Assembly (NCBI RefSeq): GCF_023055435.1
Contig: NW_025963813.1
Coordinates: 6,758,001 to 6,822,000 of the forward strand
DNA from: Haliotis rufescens
Lineage: Eukaryota
Length of the DNA stretch: 64,000 nt
Direction of reading: 5' to 3'
Position 1 is the stretch's first letter. The number at the start of each line of letters is the position of its first letter. The notes below the pieces were generated by a model. That model ran no database searches, had not been told where the DNA came from, and was given only the letters and a program-made list of their open reading frames with translations. The position numbers and the translations under genes are program-made. Of the stretch, positions 1-12,707 are shown in pieces.

Positions 1-10
1 TCACAGGACA

Positions 11-2506
11 GTGAGACCCAGTGTTGCAGTATTACTTTGCTGCAGGAGAGACAATTGTGACTCAACATTCCCGTCTATTGATGACCTATTGACTCATTTG
101 CGACAACATATTAGACAGAGAGATTCTGTTAATTGTCCTTTCAGACATTGCCAGGTGAAATGTGACAAAATATCTACATTTTCGTCACATTTGTCCAGAA
201 AGCACAAACATCAGCGTTTGGATTGCATTTCATCAGATTATATTTATTCTGCCACCCGCAATAATGGAGCTGAAACTGAAAACCAAACTGACAATTTTGA
301 GGAGATGCCCAGTGAGAAAAGTTCTGTTAATTATGATATAATTAATGATGATGAAAGTACATTTTTAGAAGTTTCGGAGGCAGATTTTCTACGAAATGTT
401 GCGCAATTTTACATGAAGTTAGAGGCTAAACATTTGCTGCCAGTTTCAATTATTCAAGATATAATACACGAGTTTCAATCATTCCATGACTGTAGTGTTC
501 AGATTATTGAAAAACACATTGAAGACAGACTTTTATTGCTTGGGGTTAGTGCTGAAGTTATTACGCAAGTGAAAAATGACATAAATGAGTCTGATGTATT
601 TTCCAAATGTAATAATGGCCCACTGAGGTCAAATAAATGTAGGACAAGTTTCTACACAAAACATTTTACATATGTTCCACCTGAAGAAATAGTGTTAGAA
701 TCTGACAGTGTGACCAGTGGGGATCAGTCCAGTTTCCAGTACATACCAATACTAAAGACTCTGTCATGTTTATATTCTTACCACAAGGAGTTCATAAACT
801 TTCATGATCTTGAAAACAGGGAGGCTTTATGTGCAGATAAATTGATCGACATTCATCAGGGTTCACTCTATCAGAAAAGTTCATTTTTTTTGAGCGGGGA
901 TAAACTATTTCAGATCATACTTTACCAAGATGCCTTTGAGGTGGTAAACCCTTTAGGATCTGCTCGCAGAAAACACAAACTTCTAGGTGTATATTTCACT
1001 CTTGGCAATTACCCTGTGTTTAGACGATCAAATATAGATCACATGCAACTAGTAATTCTCTGCAAAGAGAAAGATTTGAAACAATTTGGTTCAGACAAAT
1101 TGTTTAAACCTCTGTTAAGAGATTTAAGACAGTTAGAGCTTCATGGACTTGACATTGGTGATGGAACTTTCATTAAAGGCTCATTGTTCTGTATACTTGG
1201 TGACAATCTAGGATCACACATGATTGGAGGCTATCTAGAGAGTTTCTCAGCAGATTATTTTTGTAGATACTGCATTATCAGTAAGAGTGAAGCATTTGAT
1301 GGGGATCATCCAGCTAGCGGTTACAAGAGGACTATAGAGAATTATCAGGAAAGTGTTCAAGTTGTTACAGATGACAAGGTACCTCATCATAATGGCATCA
1401 AGAAAAATTCAGATTTCAATAACCTTACACATTTCCATGTGGTAAATGGTTTACCACCATGCTTGGGGCATGATCTTTTTGAAGGAATCTTGCCATATGA
1501 TCTTATGCTGATCATTACTTACCTTGTGAAAGAGAAAAACTGGTTCACATTTGACCAGTTGAATAGGCGTATTGCGCAATTCAAATATAGAGGACGTGAT
1601 TCATTAGACAAGCCTTGCACTGTTGGACATAACTGTGATAAACTTACAGGGCATGCAGTACAAAATTGGGTGTTTATAAGATTATTCCCCTTGTTAGTTG
1701 GAAAATACATACTGGATACTGAAGACAGTGTGTGGTGTCTTTTCCTGTTGATGAAAAAATTAACAGAGATAGTGTGCAGTCAGTCATTTTCTATGTCATT
1801 GGTAGCTTTCCTCAATTCAGTTGTGGAAGATTATTTGTTTGAGAGAAAGAGACTCTTTCCAAATGTTAGGCTTCGGCCAAAGCACCATTTCATCAGTCAT
1901 TACCCTGAACTTATCCTAAAGTATGGACCTTTGATGAGACTTTGGACCCTCAGATTTGAGAGTAAGCACTCATATTTTAAGAAGTGTGCCAGAAAACTAC
2001 AAAACTACAAAAGCTTAGCAAAAACATTGGCCAAAAAGCACCAAATGTTGCAATGTTTCTATAACTCTGGAACTCTTTTTGCAGCTGAGCTGATTGCAGA
2101 TAACCTGTCACCATTTAATCCTGTTGTATATTCAAATGCATTCAGAGAAGCAATTGCCCGTCATTCATTAGATGCGACAAACACTTTCAAAGCTGACAAG
2201 TTGAGTTTCAAGGGTGTGCAGTACAGAATTGGAGATATCATGATAATAAATCAGTCAAGTGTATCAGAGTTAACAATTGGAAAAATTCAAAGCATGTTAG
2301 TCAATAATGAGCAGTTGTATTTAGTTGTTAGCCGTGGAGTATTTTTCTTTGTCCCTGCAATGGAACTATTTGCATGTGAGGAGGATTTAAACACTGGCAA
2401 TTTAGTATGTAACTCCATTACTGAATTTGCAGATTACTGCCCTGTTGCTGTGTACCAGGAAGCTGGAACAAACTTCTTGTCATTGAGACAAGCTATTTCA
2501 GTCTAA
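11..2506 (+). CDS. EnSpm/CACTA-type DDE transposase with N-terminal C2H2 zinc fingers (probably 5'-incomplete; possible acceptor TCACAG at 1-6)
   Basis: 831-codon uninterrupted ORF. C2H2 fingers (CRRDNC...HLRQH, CPFRHC...HLSRKH). Motifs ILYQDAFEVVNPLGS..KHKL, GDNLGSH, FCRYC, PPCLGHDLFEG, RPKHHF..HYP, WTLRFESKH are typical of animal EnSpm-like transposases. No ATG at the ORF start. Confidence 0.88.
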   Translation: MRPSVAVLLCCRRDNCDSTFPSIDDLLTHLRQHIRQRDSVNCPFRHCQVKCDKISTFSSHLSRKHKHQRLDCISSDYIYSATRNNGAETENQTDNFEEMPSEKSSVNYDIINDDESTFLEVSEADFLRNVAQFYMKLEAKHLLPVSIIQDIIHEFQSFHDCSVQIIEKHIEDRLLLLGVSAEVITQVKNDINESDVFSKCNNGPLRSNKCRTSFYTKHFTYVPPEEIVLESDSVTSGDQSSFQYIPILKTLSCLYSYHKEFINFHDLENREALCADKLIDIHQGSLYQKSSFFLSGDKLFQIILYQDAFEVVNPLGSARRKHKLLGVYFTLGNYPVFRRSNIDHMQLVILCKEKDLKQFGSDKLFKPLLRDLRQLELHGLDIGDGTFIKGSLFCILGDNLGSHMIGGYLESFSADYFCRYCIISKSEAFDGDHPASGYKRTIENYQESVQVVTDDKVPHHNGIKKNSDFNNLTHFHVVNGLPPCLGHDLFEGILPYDLMLIITYLVKEKNWFTFDQLNRRIAQFKYRGRDSLDKPCTVGHNCDKLTGHAVQNWVFIRLFPLLVGKYILDTEDSVWCLFLLMKKLTEIVCSQSFSMSLVAFLNSVVEDYLFERKRLFPNVRLRPKHHFISHYPELILKYGPLMRLWTLRFESKHSYFKKCARKLQNYKSLAKTLAKKHQMLQCFYNSGTLFAAELIADNLSPFNPVVYSNAFREAIARHSLDATNTFKADKLSFKGVQYRIGDIMIINQSSVSELTIGKIQSMLVNNEQLYLVVSRGVFFFVPAMELFACEEDLNTGNLVCNSITEFADYCPVAVYQEAGTNFLSLRQAISV

Positions 2507-2510
2507 CACA

Positions 2511-5500
2511 ATGGAACAGAACACTATGGATCAAATGGAAATATGTTGTGAAAGTGGCAATATTCCACAAAGTCCTAAAGCTGTATCAGACTATGGACTA
2601 AGGGCAACATTGAGAAAAAGTGTAGTTGACATATTGGGGAATTTGGAAGAAAGTGTTATCTCTGAAATTGTTCAGGAGTTGGAGAAACTTGGTGTTGTAA
2701 CCATTCAGGATTTAGAGTGGATCCATGAAGACGATCTGAAGGGAAACATTCGACCTGTCCATGCACGGAAACTTTTGAGAAGATCCTTGATGCAGAGTTC
2801 CACCAGAATATCAGCTGGTAAGCAATCATCTGAATAGATATATGTAATCTTTTCCGTATGTCAGATGAGGGTGTTTGAATTTAGCATTCATTGCCTCTAC
2901 TTTAAATGTTTCTTGTGTAAAAAAACTTAATACCTGACTTTTTTTCAGTTCCCTGACAGATAACATCTATTTTTAATGTATTTCAACATTCGATTCTTTC
3001 GAGGAAAAAACTTTTAACACAATTTTATTGTCTTGCAAAGAAAATGTCTTTTTCGGAAATTTGGAAACAGTTAACCCTTCTCGTGCAGCTTACTTTACCG
3101 AACTGCATCTGTTAGTGGCGGCTCCCTTTTCCTTCACCTGTCCAATTTAGTTAATGATGTCTCGATTAATGTTCACAGTAAGTATCGGCCCACCTATATT
3201 GTAACACACCTATTATTAAATGGTCACCCATGTATGATAACATACCCAAGATTTGTGACATCTCACACCAACCACCACCCATCTCACACCCATCTCACAT
3301 AGACCACCACCCCACCAACAAGCACCCTTCCTGTATTTCTCACTGCGACATTGATTTGAGATTAACAACATTTAACTTCTATTAATATTAGTTCCAGGAA
3401 GTAGCTGTTCTTCCATGTCACCTTTGTCACCTACTTCGCCATCATCGAGTGATTCGTCCATGAAGTTTTCACCGAAAAGTCCGAAACCCATCATGTATTC
3501 AAATCGAGACCCCAATTGGCCGGTTAAGATGGAACTTCCCTGGGATGATCTGAACTGTTTAACCAAGGAGGCCCTTGTACAGGGTAAACGCTTAACACCA
3601 GATGCCAAGAAGGAGGTTGTACATAAGGTTGTGGATGTTGTAAGACGAAACACACATCATGCCCTCCGACCTCAGTTTTCGATCATTGCACAAAGGATGG
3701 TAGCTAAGTATACACAAAGTCTTCAAGACAAAATTGATGACAGTGTGGTGGGCTCTGGGTATGACACTTTGTTAAACAAATTAGTGACCAGGAACCAAAA
3801 TCTGAATCGCGGATCCTCAAAATTCTGCATGTCAGGAAAGAAACGGCCTATGCAGAATACAGAAACTGAATCTGGTAGTGACGATTCCAGAAATGAAGTC
3901 AAAACAAGGAGGGATTCCTATGGTTGTGTTAAATGGATGCCAGAGTTGAAAGGTGATAAAGTGAAGGTCATGGAGGAAATCAGGGATGCCCTGATTGAGA
4001 TGAATCAGTGTAATTCTGACAAAAAAGATGTGAACAAGATAGAAGAGAACATGTTGTCATGTTATGCTCTGCAGAGAAGGGACATCAATAGTGGAATGTC
4101 AGTGGTGGATCTCAAATTATCATGGCCATTTCTGTTCAGTATTCAAGGAGTTCTGTGTCACTCCCAGGAATTACTTGGTTTTAATGTGCGATCCGCTCTG
4201 GGAAATGCATACGCCAAGAAAGGACCTCGACTAAACAATTTCTTCAGGAAATCATCTGATGGAAATGAATTCATCTTTGATGAAGCACGACGACAGAGTA
4301 GTCAAGATAACCTGAAGGCTTGGTTGTCGGCAGTGGTACTGTGCATAATGGGACACCTTGGAGAAAAGGATGAAGAGCTTTTCTATGTTGTAGATGTAAG
4401 TTCAATATACAGGTTGCTGAATCTTGATCAATTTTCCCAGTATTTTAACTTCTGGAATTAATATTATGAATATAATACACTTGCTACCTGCCCAATCACC
4501 AGGGACTGTAAATTTCTGAATTTATGGGATGCACAGACACATTTTGCATGCATTTTATGACAGCTATATCTCTGAGGTAGAGGGGTTATGGGTATGGGGG
4601 TTAGCTGATTAGTGATTGTCTAAGGTTTAAAATATTCTTAGATGTACATGATGTAGGCAGATTTTGATTTTGGAACCTTTCTTGGGTCTTTGGTTAGAAA
4701 AAGATTAAAAACTGAGAGCTATTTAAGGGCACTCTGTTAAAGCAATCTCCTAGATATTCACATCAACAAATTATCCGTTCAGATAAATACATATATATCT
4801 AGCATTCCTTAAGTCCATATTGATTATTTGTCAAATGAATATAAAAGATGTCTTTTAAGAAAATATTTTATTTGAAGCTTTTAATTGTTCTTGTTATTCT
4901 AGTATTACATTCCATCTCTTTTCATGTACTTCATTTACCAAAGCTAAATTCACTAAAATGGTTACTCTTCTGAAAATAAAAGGTTTTAACACTTGTTTCT
5001 TAAGGAAACATCAACTGCTGCAGAAGTCCAGGCTTCCAGTAAAACAGATTCACCTGTGTTGGTGGTTTTGGGTATGTTGAATCAATTGTTGGCATGTCAG
5101 TTGTTTACAATGGGAGTTTGTTTACTGTAACATTGTGTACAGTGACTGTAGTCTACTCTTGGATGTGGTGAAAACTTGCAGACCCCCTGGATTCCGCGAT
5201 TCCATTGCACATTGTCCTTGTCATATGTAGACCAGGCTGCGGTTCCACAAAACAAACTAAAACTAAGATGATTGTGGGTAATACTGCATTCCAGTGGCTT
5301 GCTATGGTCATGGTGTGAAAATCGCATTGAAAACGGGTCCCCAAGGCAAGGCAACCTTCACGCTACGACCTTCGTAAGCCTGTGATGTGAAATGACTCGT
5401 CAAGGCCTAGTTTTAGATGATCTCTTTAAGATCATCTTAGCGTGAGGTTGTTTTGTGGAATGGGCTTCTGCTTTCTGTGGCAGAGATGGCGACATTCAAA

Positions 5501-6609
5501 ATGACCATTATTTTTAGCCCACCTGGACCGAATGACAATATACTTTCTTAAAATGCCCCTCACATCTTACTTCAGTTAAAAACAAATCTGTGATTCAACA
5601 AATAAAAAAAGAAAAGGCCTTATGATTTTCAACTTAAATATGTACAGGTGACTCTGTATTAGCTGGGAAGAGCTACATGGTAATGTGTGACCGCCAAATC
5701 CTCATCCCAAGATGTCACAGTTTCATGGATTCGTTCTCAGCCCTCTTTGCATCATACTACATCTTCAACCTGCAATACCAGACCGGGGCTGCAGCTACAC
5801 TTGAGTTCATTCAAAGGTAAATTTCTATGATATTTAAATGTGTGATATGTTAAGAAAATTTTCCATGAAGTATTTTTCTAAACACAAATGGGACATTTAA
5901 AACCAAGGAAGATTGGTTGCAGAAACACTCAACAATTCTAGCATCGGTTCTGCAGTTTATCTATTTTCTGAGGTAATTCGGTAAAATGAAAATTATTTGT
6001 AGCATGCAAATGAGATTCCATTTATATTTTGTATTTTGGGGGATAGACTACTGTTTGGTTGCTTTTTAGCCCACCTGGACCAAAGGTCATGGCAGCCATA
6101 TTGAAAATGCTGAAAAGGTCGTCTTCAAAACTACTGGGCCGATGAAGCTGAAGCTTGGTGTGTTCCAAACCAATGATGACACTCAGATGTGTTCAAGGCA
6201 TTCGGATCAGATTTCCAATATGGCCGCCAATACCATTTTGTTTTTTTTGGTCAGACATTGATTAAGCAATTGAGTTGAAAATTGCAGTGGTGGTAGCTAG
6301 CACAAAGGCCACAAACACATTTGACTAGTTTTGCTGTATTTTGGTATTAAACCTGGATTTGACCTTTGAAGATTGACTACGCCCCTGCTAAGTCCATTGT
6401 TAAATGTTAAATTTACTTGACAAAGTGAATATATGTAGCCAGAACATTATGGCAGTGAATCTTCCTTTGTTTTTTTCAGGTGCTTCATTGGTATCAATCC
6501 TGATAGGGGATCCAAAGGCAATAAAGGGAAAAAGAAGAAAACTCAGATGGGTGCCAAAGTATTGAAGCTGATCAGCAGCCTTTCTGACTTTGAGTGGCTT
6601 GAACCATAA
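2511..6609 (+). CDS. Transposon accessory protein (TnpA-position ORF2; SAM-like N-terminus, SAMD3-like C-terminus); exons 2511-2817, 3392(or 3398)-4395, 5005-5071, 5648-5816, 6480-6609
   Basis: All introns are GT-AG with consistent phases (1,0,1,2). Exon 1 LEKLGVVTIQDLEWIHEDDL..IRPVHARKLL is SAM-like. The last exons read ...FASYYIFNLQYQTGAAATLEFIQRCFIGINPDRGSK...SDFEWLEP*. Confidence 0.8.
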
Positions 6610-7244
6610 AGTGATCGCAAGGAACTGTAACTTATATATCTAATACAGCTTTAAGTTGTTGTTTTACATGCTGAACTACGAGTGGTAATGAGTTTGCAGT
6701 TATTGTTTTATGGAAATAGTTAAAGATTTATTATTTCCACTTGATAAATGTAAAGCAGACTGGTAATGCAAATTTTATCTTTAACCAAGGTGTTTTATTT
6801 ATCATGAGCTGTATAGTGACTACATGATCATGATTAGTGACTGTAACTTGCTTGAAGATTTAAGCATGACTGAACTAGAACCCTTAAGTCCTATTTTAAT
6901 GTGCTGTTAATGTATATTGGTGGCAGATTTCATTATTTTCAATGAAGGTAAGGATATCAGAGTTTTAATAAGTAAAAATCAATGATAGGTGTTAGCAACA
7001 TTTACATAAAAACTGCAAATTAGATATTTAATTCACTTGTTAAAGTGGGCTGCATTGTTTAAATTTTGAGAGTTGCTGCAGATTGCCGTAATTTTTTTAT
7101 GTAGCTTAAAACCTGAAACCTGAAGTTTCAGTGGTATTCTGTTTTGCTATGATAGATTTAATTGTTTTCAATGAAACTAAGGATATCATAGTTCATTGGA
7201 TCACCATTAGATGTTTTATGAAGTTTGTCAAATTAGAGAGAAAG

Positions 7245-9220
7245 TTAACTGAGCATGTACATCACTTGGAGTGCCAGTAAACTCAGCTTGTACATCACTT
7301 GGAGTGTCTGTAAACTGAGTGTGTACATCACTTTGAGTACCTGTAAACTGATTTTGTACATCACTTTGAGTACCTGTAAACTGATTTTGTACATCCCTTT
7401 GAGTACCTGTAAACTGATTTTGTACATCACTTTGAGTACCTGTAAACTGAGTGTGTACATCACTTTGAGTACCTGTAAACTGATTTTGTACATCACTTTG
7501 AGTACCTGTAAACTGATTTTGTACATCACTTATGGTACCTGTAAACTGAGTGTGTACATCACTTTTAGTTCCTGTAAACTGATTTTGTACATCACTTTGA
7601 GTACCTGTAAACTGATTTTGTACATCACTTATGGTACCTGTAAACTGATTTTGTACATCACTTATGGTACCTGTAAACTGATTTTGTACATCACTTATGG
7701 TACCTGTAAACTGATTTTGTACATCACTTATGGTACCTGTAAACTGAGTGTGTACATCACTTTTAGTTCCTGTAAACTGATTTTGTACATCACTTATGGT
7801 ACCTGTAAACTGATTTTGTACATCCCTTTGAGTACCTGTAAACTGAGTGTGTACATCACTTTGAGTACCTGTAAACTGATTTTGTACATCACTTTGAGTA
7901 CCTGTAAACTGATTTTGTACATCACTTATGGTACCTGTAAACTGAGTGTGTACATCACTTTTAGTTCCTATAAACTGATTTTGTACATCACTTTGAGTAC
8001 CTGTAAACTGATTTTGTACATCACTTATGGTACCTGTAAACTGATTTTGTACATCACTTATGGTACCTGTAAACTGATTTTGTACATCACTTATGGTACC
8101 TGTAAACTGATTTTGTACATCACTTATGGTACCTGTAAACTGAGTGTGTACATCACTTTGAGTACCTGTAAACTGATTTTGTACATCACTTTGAGTACCT
8201 GTAAACTGATTTTGTACATCACTTATGGTACCTGTAAACTGATTTTGTACAGCACTTATGGTACCTGTAAACTGATTTTGTACATCACTTTGAGTACCTG
8301 TAAACTGATTTTGTACATCACTTATGGTACCTGTAAACTGATTTTGTACATCACTTATGGTACCTGTAAACTGATTTTGTACATCACTTATGGTACCTGT
8401 AAACTGATTTTGTACATCACTTATGGTACCTGTAAACTGAGTGTGTACATCACTTTGAGTACCTGTAAACTGATTTTGTACATCACTTATGGTACCTGTA
8501 AACTGATTTTGTACATCACTTATGGTACCTGTAAACTGAGTGTGTACATCACTTATGGTACCTGTAAACTGATTTTGTACATCACTTTGAGTACCTGTAA
8601 ACTGATTTTGTACATCACTTATGGTACCTGTAAACTGAGTGTGTACATCACTTTGAGTACCTGTAAACTGATTTTGTACATCACTTTGAGTACCTGTAAA
8701 CTGATTTTGTACATCACTTATGGTACCTGTAAACTGATTTTGTACATCACTTATGGTACCTGTAAACTGATTTTGTACATCACTTATGGTACCTGTAAAC
8801 TGATTTTGTACATCACTTATGGTACCTGTAAACTGAGTGTGTACATCACTTTGAGTACCTGTAAACTGATTTTGTACATCACTTTGAGTACCTGTAAACT
8901 GATTTTGTACATCACTTATGGTACCTGTAAACTGATTTTGTACATCACTTATGGTACCTGTAAACTGATTTTGTACATCACTTTGAGTACCTGTAAACTG
9001 ATTTTGTACATCACTTATGGTACCTGTAAACTGATTTTGTACATCACTTATGGTACCTGTAAACTGAGTGTGTACATCACTTTTAGTTCCTGTAAACTGA
9101 TTTTGTACATCACTTTGAGTACCTGTAAACTGATTTTGTACATCACTTATGGTACCTGTAAACTGAGTGTGTACATCACTTTTAGTTCCTGTAAACTGGG
9201 CATGTAGATCACTTCGAGTA
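7245..9220. repeat. 33-bp tandem minisatellite (~59 units) inside the transposon
   Basis: Unit TGTACATCACTTATGGTACCTGTAAACTGATTT with modular variants; the overlapping ORF has an 11-aa period. Confidence 0.97.
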
Positions 9221-9532
9221 CATCAAGCCATGTTAAGTTAACATACTTATATTTATCATCTGTTTCATGTCATAAAGTAACTGGTAATGTTAAGGAGAAA
9301 ATACTTTCTTGTGCAGGATTGCAGTTCTGAGTTGTTATTATTAGTCTATTTAATCAATGACTCACTCACTTTATTTCACAAATTGCAGAAGGTATTTGTT
9401 TACTGATCATATAAATACCCAGTCAGTTAACTGAATAAAACTTGTTTTTTGACAAATCTGTTGTTCAAGTGATTTTGTACATTCACTATTCAGCAGTAAA
9501 TTACTGTAGTAATGGTAGAAGAATGGTTTTAA

Positions 9533-9659
9533 TACGGTAAAAGGTTGGCAACCGTGCTGACGGTCATTTACTGTAAAAAGTACAGTATAAAAGTACTACG
9601 GTATATACTGTAGTACTACGGTAAATGCGCGTCAGCACGGTTGCCAACCTTTTACCGTA
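9533..9659. repeat. Perfect 30-bp subterminal inverted repeat
   Basis: TACGGTAAAAGGTTGGCAACCGTGCTGACG (9533-9562) is the exact reverse complement of 9630-9659. Confidence 0.95.
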
Positions 9660-9685
9660 AAATATTACGGTATGGTTTTACAGTG

Positions 9686-9758
9686 TGGGTACAATGTGTG
9701 AAGCCGTGATATTGCTAGAATATTGCTAAAAGTGGCGCAAAACCATGCTCACTCACTC
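9686..9758 (+). mobile_element. 3' half of a family-A tRNA-SINE, interrupted by the EnSpm insertion
   Basis: TGGGTACAATGTGTGAAGCC..GATATTGCTAGAATATTGCTAAAAGTGGCG..ACTCACTCACTC matches the downstream part of full copies such as 24402-24586. Confidence 0.85.
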
Positions 9759-11319
9759 CTACATAATCTTTTCAGGGTACCCACCATGGCGTATGGTACT
9801 GAACATCAAGCAAGCAAGCAAGCGAGCTATCTTGATTCACAAATACTTGCCTGGAAGACCAAAAGCCTATAAGTACAATTTGTATGGACTGAAGAATTGT
9901 CTTCAGCAACCCATGCTTGTCCTTAAAGGCGGCAAACGCTGACTTGGGCGATGCATGTCGTGGTATCCCAGTTGCGTCGATCGATCCTCATGTCAATCAC
10001 TGGATTGTCTGGTCCAGACTCGATTATTTACAAACCGCCATTGTACATAAACTTGAATATTGCTGAGAGTGGCATGTACAACACATGAAGAAAACTGGAA
10101 GTGTGAAAGTTTTCTGTATCAAGGGCAAGGCCACATTCACTTTTCACTTGCCCATAATAACAATCATAATCATAACAATGTTATTTTTAGATCTTGGTAG
10201 ACGCTTACAACTGTCATGGAGCATGTCATCCGTTTGCTATGTCCACACTTATTACAAGGCCGTGTCCTGTTGCAGACGCTGTTTGACGAGCGGACGTTGA
10301 TGTTGTGAGACTGTCCAGAACTGGTTTTTCCCATCTTTGTGTCCAAATACCGCCAGTTCCTCTCGTATCCTTCACGGACGGTGAATGACTTGTTGGGGAG
10401 ATGGGATTTAGTTGTAGAAAACATGCACCAGTGCGACCTGTTTTTGAAAAGTGCAACTTTTTGTCTACGTGTACTGTTAGGTCAGATTGTTTTGTGGAAG
10501 GGGTGGAAGAACGTTGGGTTTGTTATAATACGTTGTCCAAAACAAGCCACTGTTGCCATGTTATTTACCTTAACTCTGATATATCTGTGAACGCATCCCA
10601 CGCAAGACACCGGAGATTATATACAGCGATGACATCCCGCTCCCCCAGTCAGAAGATGTCAGAAGAACATCCGGCCTACAGCACATGCACTTCTCAACGC
10701 GTATGGATGTACCTATACTATAGTCGCTCCGTTCAGTATAGCATTGGTTCTTTGTTCTCCGTGGGGATTCCTGGTTGGAACTCATGCAGCGACCTATGCT
10801 GGAAGTAACTTCAAGTAAGTGACTTGGTTGGACACTCATGGACTGGATCGGTGCTTACAGTATAGATCTTTGGATTGTCTGGTCCATACTCGATAGGTCG
10901 CCGTCATGTAGCTGGAATATTGCTGGGTGCCGTGTTAACCAACATACTTCACTTGGCATTCGGCGAAATATATGAAAATATAAGAAAAACGTTTTGAGGT
11001 AAATCTTGATGTCTTTCAATTTGCAGTACCTCAGTTTTACTACAAAATCTGTGCTAATCTATTTTCCCTGTCTATCGCTGGTGGAACAAGAAACAACACT
11101 GTAGATGGCGGTATGTAGTACATGTATTTCATTTGTTCCACTCTGCTATTGCTAAGATGATCGTAACTCCCACATTTTAACATAGGCGTACAATAATCGT
11201 TGCACTGAGGTCGCTTTGTGCAAGTGGGCCCTGGACATGCCATGTCCTTTGTCTGGTTTTATTAGCAATTGCATCAAGGTTGCTTCTGCTTCTGGGGTTT
11301 AAGTGAGGGGATTGAACAA

Positions 11320-11550
11320 TGGCACCGATGGCCCAGTCGTCTGAGGCGCCGCAAGTTGCTGTGCAGGATTGCGTCCCTTGGGGGTACACACGTAACCAAT
11401 GAGTGTAGGTTCGAATCCCGGTTCGCACCGATTGTTTCCCCAAAGTGGTAAACGTCTGAGAACTGCACCGCTTCAGGCTTTCCTCCCACATTAAATTGAC
11501 ACGCCATGGTATAACTGAAATTTTGTCAGTGTGTGTTAGTACGGCTTTAA
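11320..11550 (+). mobile_element. Family-B SINE (tRNA-Leu-like head), diverged
   Basis: GGCCCAGTCGTCTGAGGCGCC...GGTTCGAATCCCGG; matches 43577-43864. Confidence 0.8.
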
Positions 11551-12707
11551 TGTTTAGTTTTACGTTATTGAATGAAATGTTAATATATCCTAGGCACCAT
11601 AGGCAACTGTACATCGTGTAAAATCATGAGGGGAAGTGTTTTATCTTGTTTCTCAACTAGAAAGAAAAATCTGAAACATTATCAACAATTTCATGTTTGG
11701 ACACACTTTTCACACTTTTGGTAACTGTTATGTTCTTGAAAAAGATTCTTAAGGGCAATGTGATTATCAGTGCCTTTGTGGCCCAGGTCTTGCACAAGTT
11801 TGTGATTTTATGAGATATAAATACAGTGACAGCTCAAAAGGAAGAGGTCACTGAAGGTTTATAATTTTAGTAAGAAAAGATGAGCCAGTTGACTGATGCT
11901 GTGTTTCTGCAGGGGAGACTGCTGTACTGTCACCCCCCTCCCTGTCTGGATGCTGCATACTCCCAAGCCATACCCACCCCGGAGGAAGGCGGAATCACCC
12001 ACCCTGGGCGGCAGGGGAGTGAGGGGGATCTCATGCTGAAGGTGACAGTCCACATGTGGCTCTTATCATCTTGTCAGCCTTCGATATTCGTGTCAGTGCG
12101 CCACATGAGACAATGATGCAATGATAGTAGTCCTCATAGACTAGCAGCATTTGAGGGCTAAAATTCTGAACCAGTTCTCGATGCTTCAAATATTGTAACA
12201 TATGTTACTAATTGGAACTGAATAAAACTGAGAGAAAATGAAAACATTGTAAACAGTTTAGTCTCGTTCAAGCACTATTACAAACTAGTAAATCAAAGTT
12301 TCCACTCAGGCTGTACTGAGTATTCTGAAGCTGGTCGAAGTCAGATGATTGAAATAACTATCTGAAGGTGAGGTGAAAGTAACCCGTTTCTCACTGTATC
12401 CAGTGCATACATCCTCAATAAGCCAGTGTACTGTATATCTTCGTTTTGTGTTTCCAGGACTCATCCGCCACCATAGCTTCATTTCTACTTTAATTTCATT
12501 TTCTTTGGTTGATGATTTCAAGCTCATTTTTTAGCGAGAGAAACTCTATGCTTAGTGATAAGAGATTGCTGGTGATGTCACTTCCAAAACAAAGCCATGG
12601 TCATGATAGAATTGAGATAAAATACTCTGGAAAGCCGAGGCTAAAGTGCTTGCAGTTGCCAATTGCAATTCTTTACCGAATCGTCAGTATGTAGGCTGTA
12701 GCGAACC

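Larger units (their letters stand above)
1..9685 (+). mobile_element. EnSpm/CACTA (CMC superfamily) autonomous DNA transposon; left end lies outside the window
   Basis: Transposase ORF plus a second spliced gene. Right terminus ...TATGGTTTTACAGTG at 9671-9685 (reverse complement CACTGTAAAACC..., a CACTG-type TIR). Subterminal inverted repeat. Abrupt switch to the 3' half of a SINE at 9686. Confidence 0.85.

Noticed and set aside
7255-9207. 650-aa ORF (YITYGTCKLIL repeats)
   Set aside because: By-product of a stop-free 33-bp unit; no unique coding flanks, splice context or domain.
11859-12694. Short ORFs of 60-80 aa
   Set aside because: No recognisable motifs or consistent exon structure.
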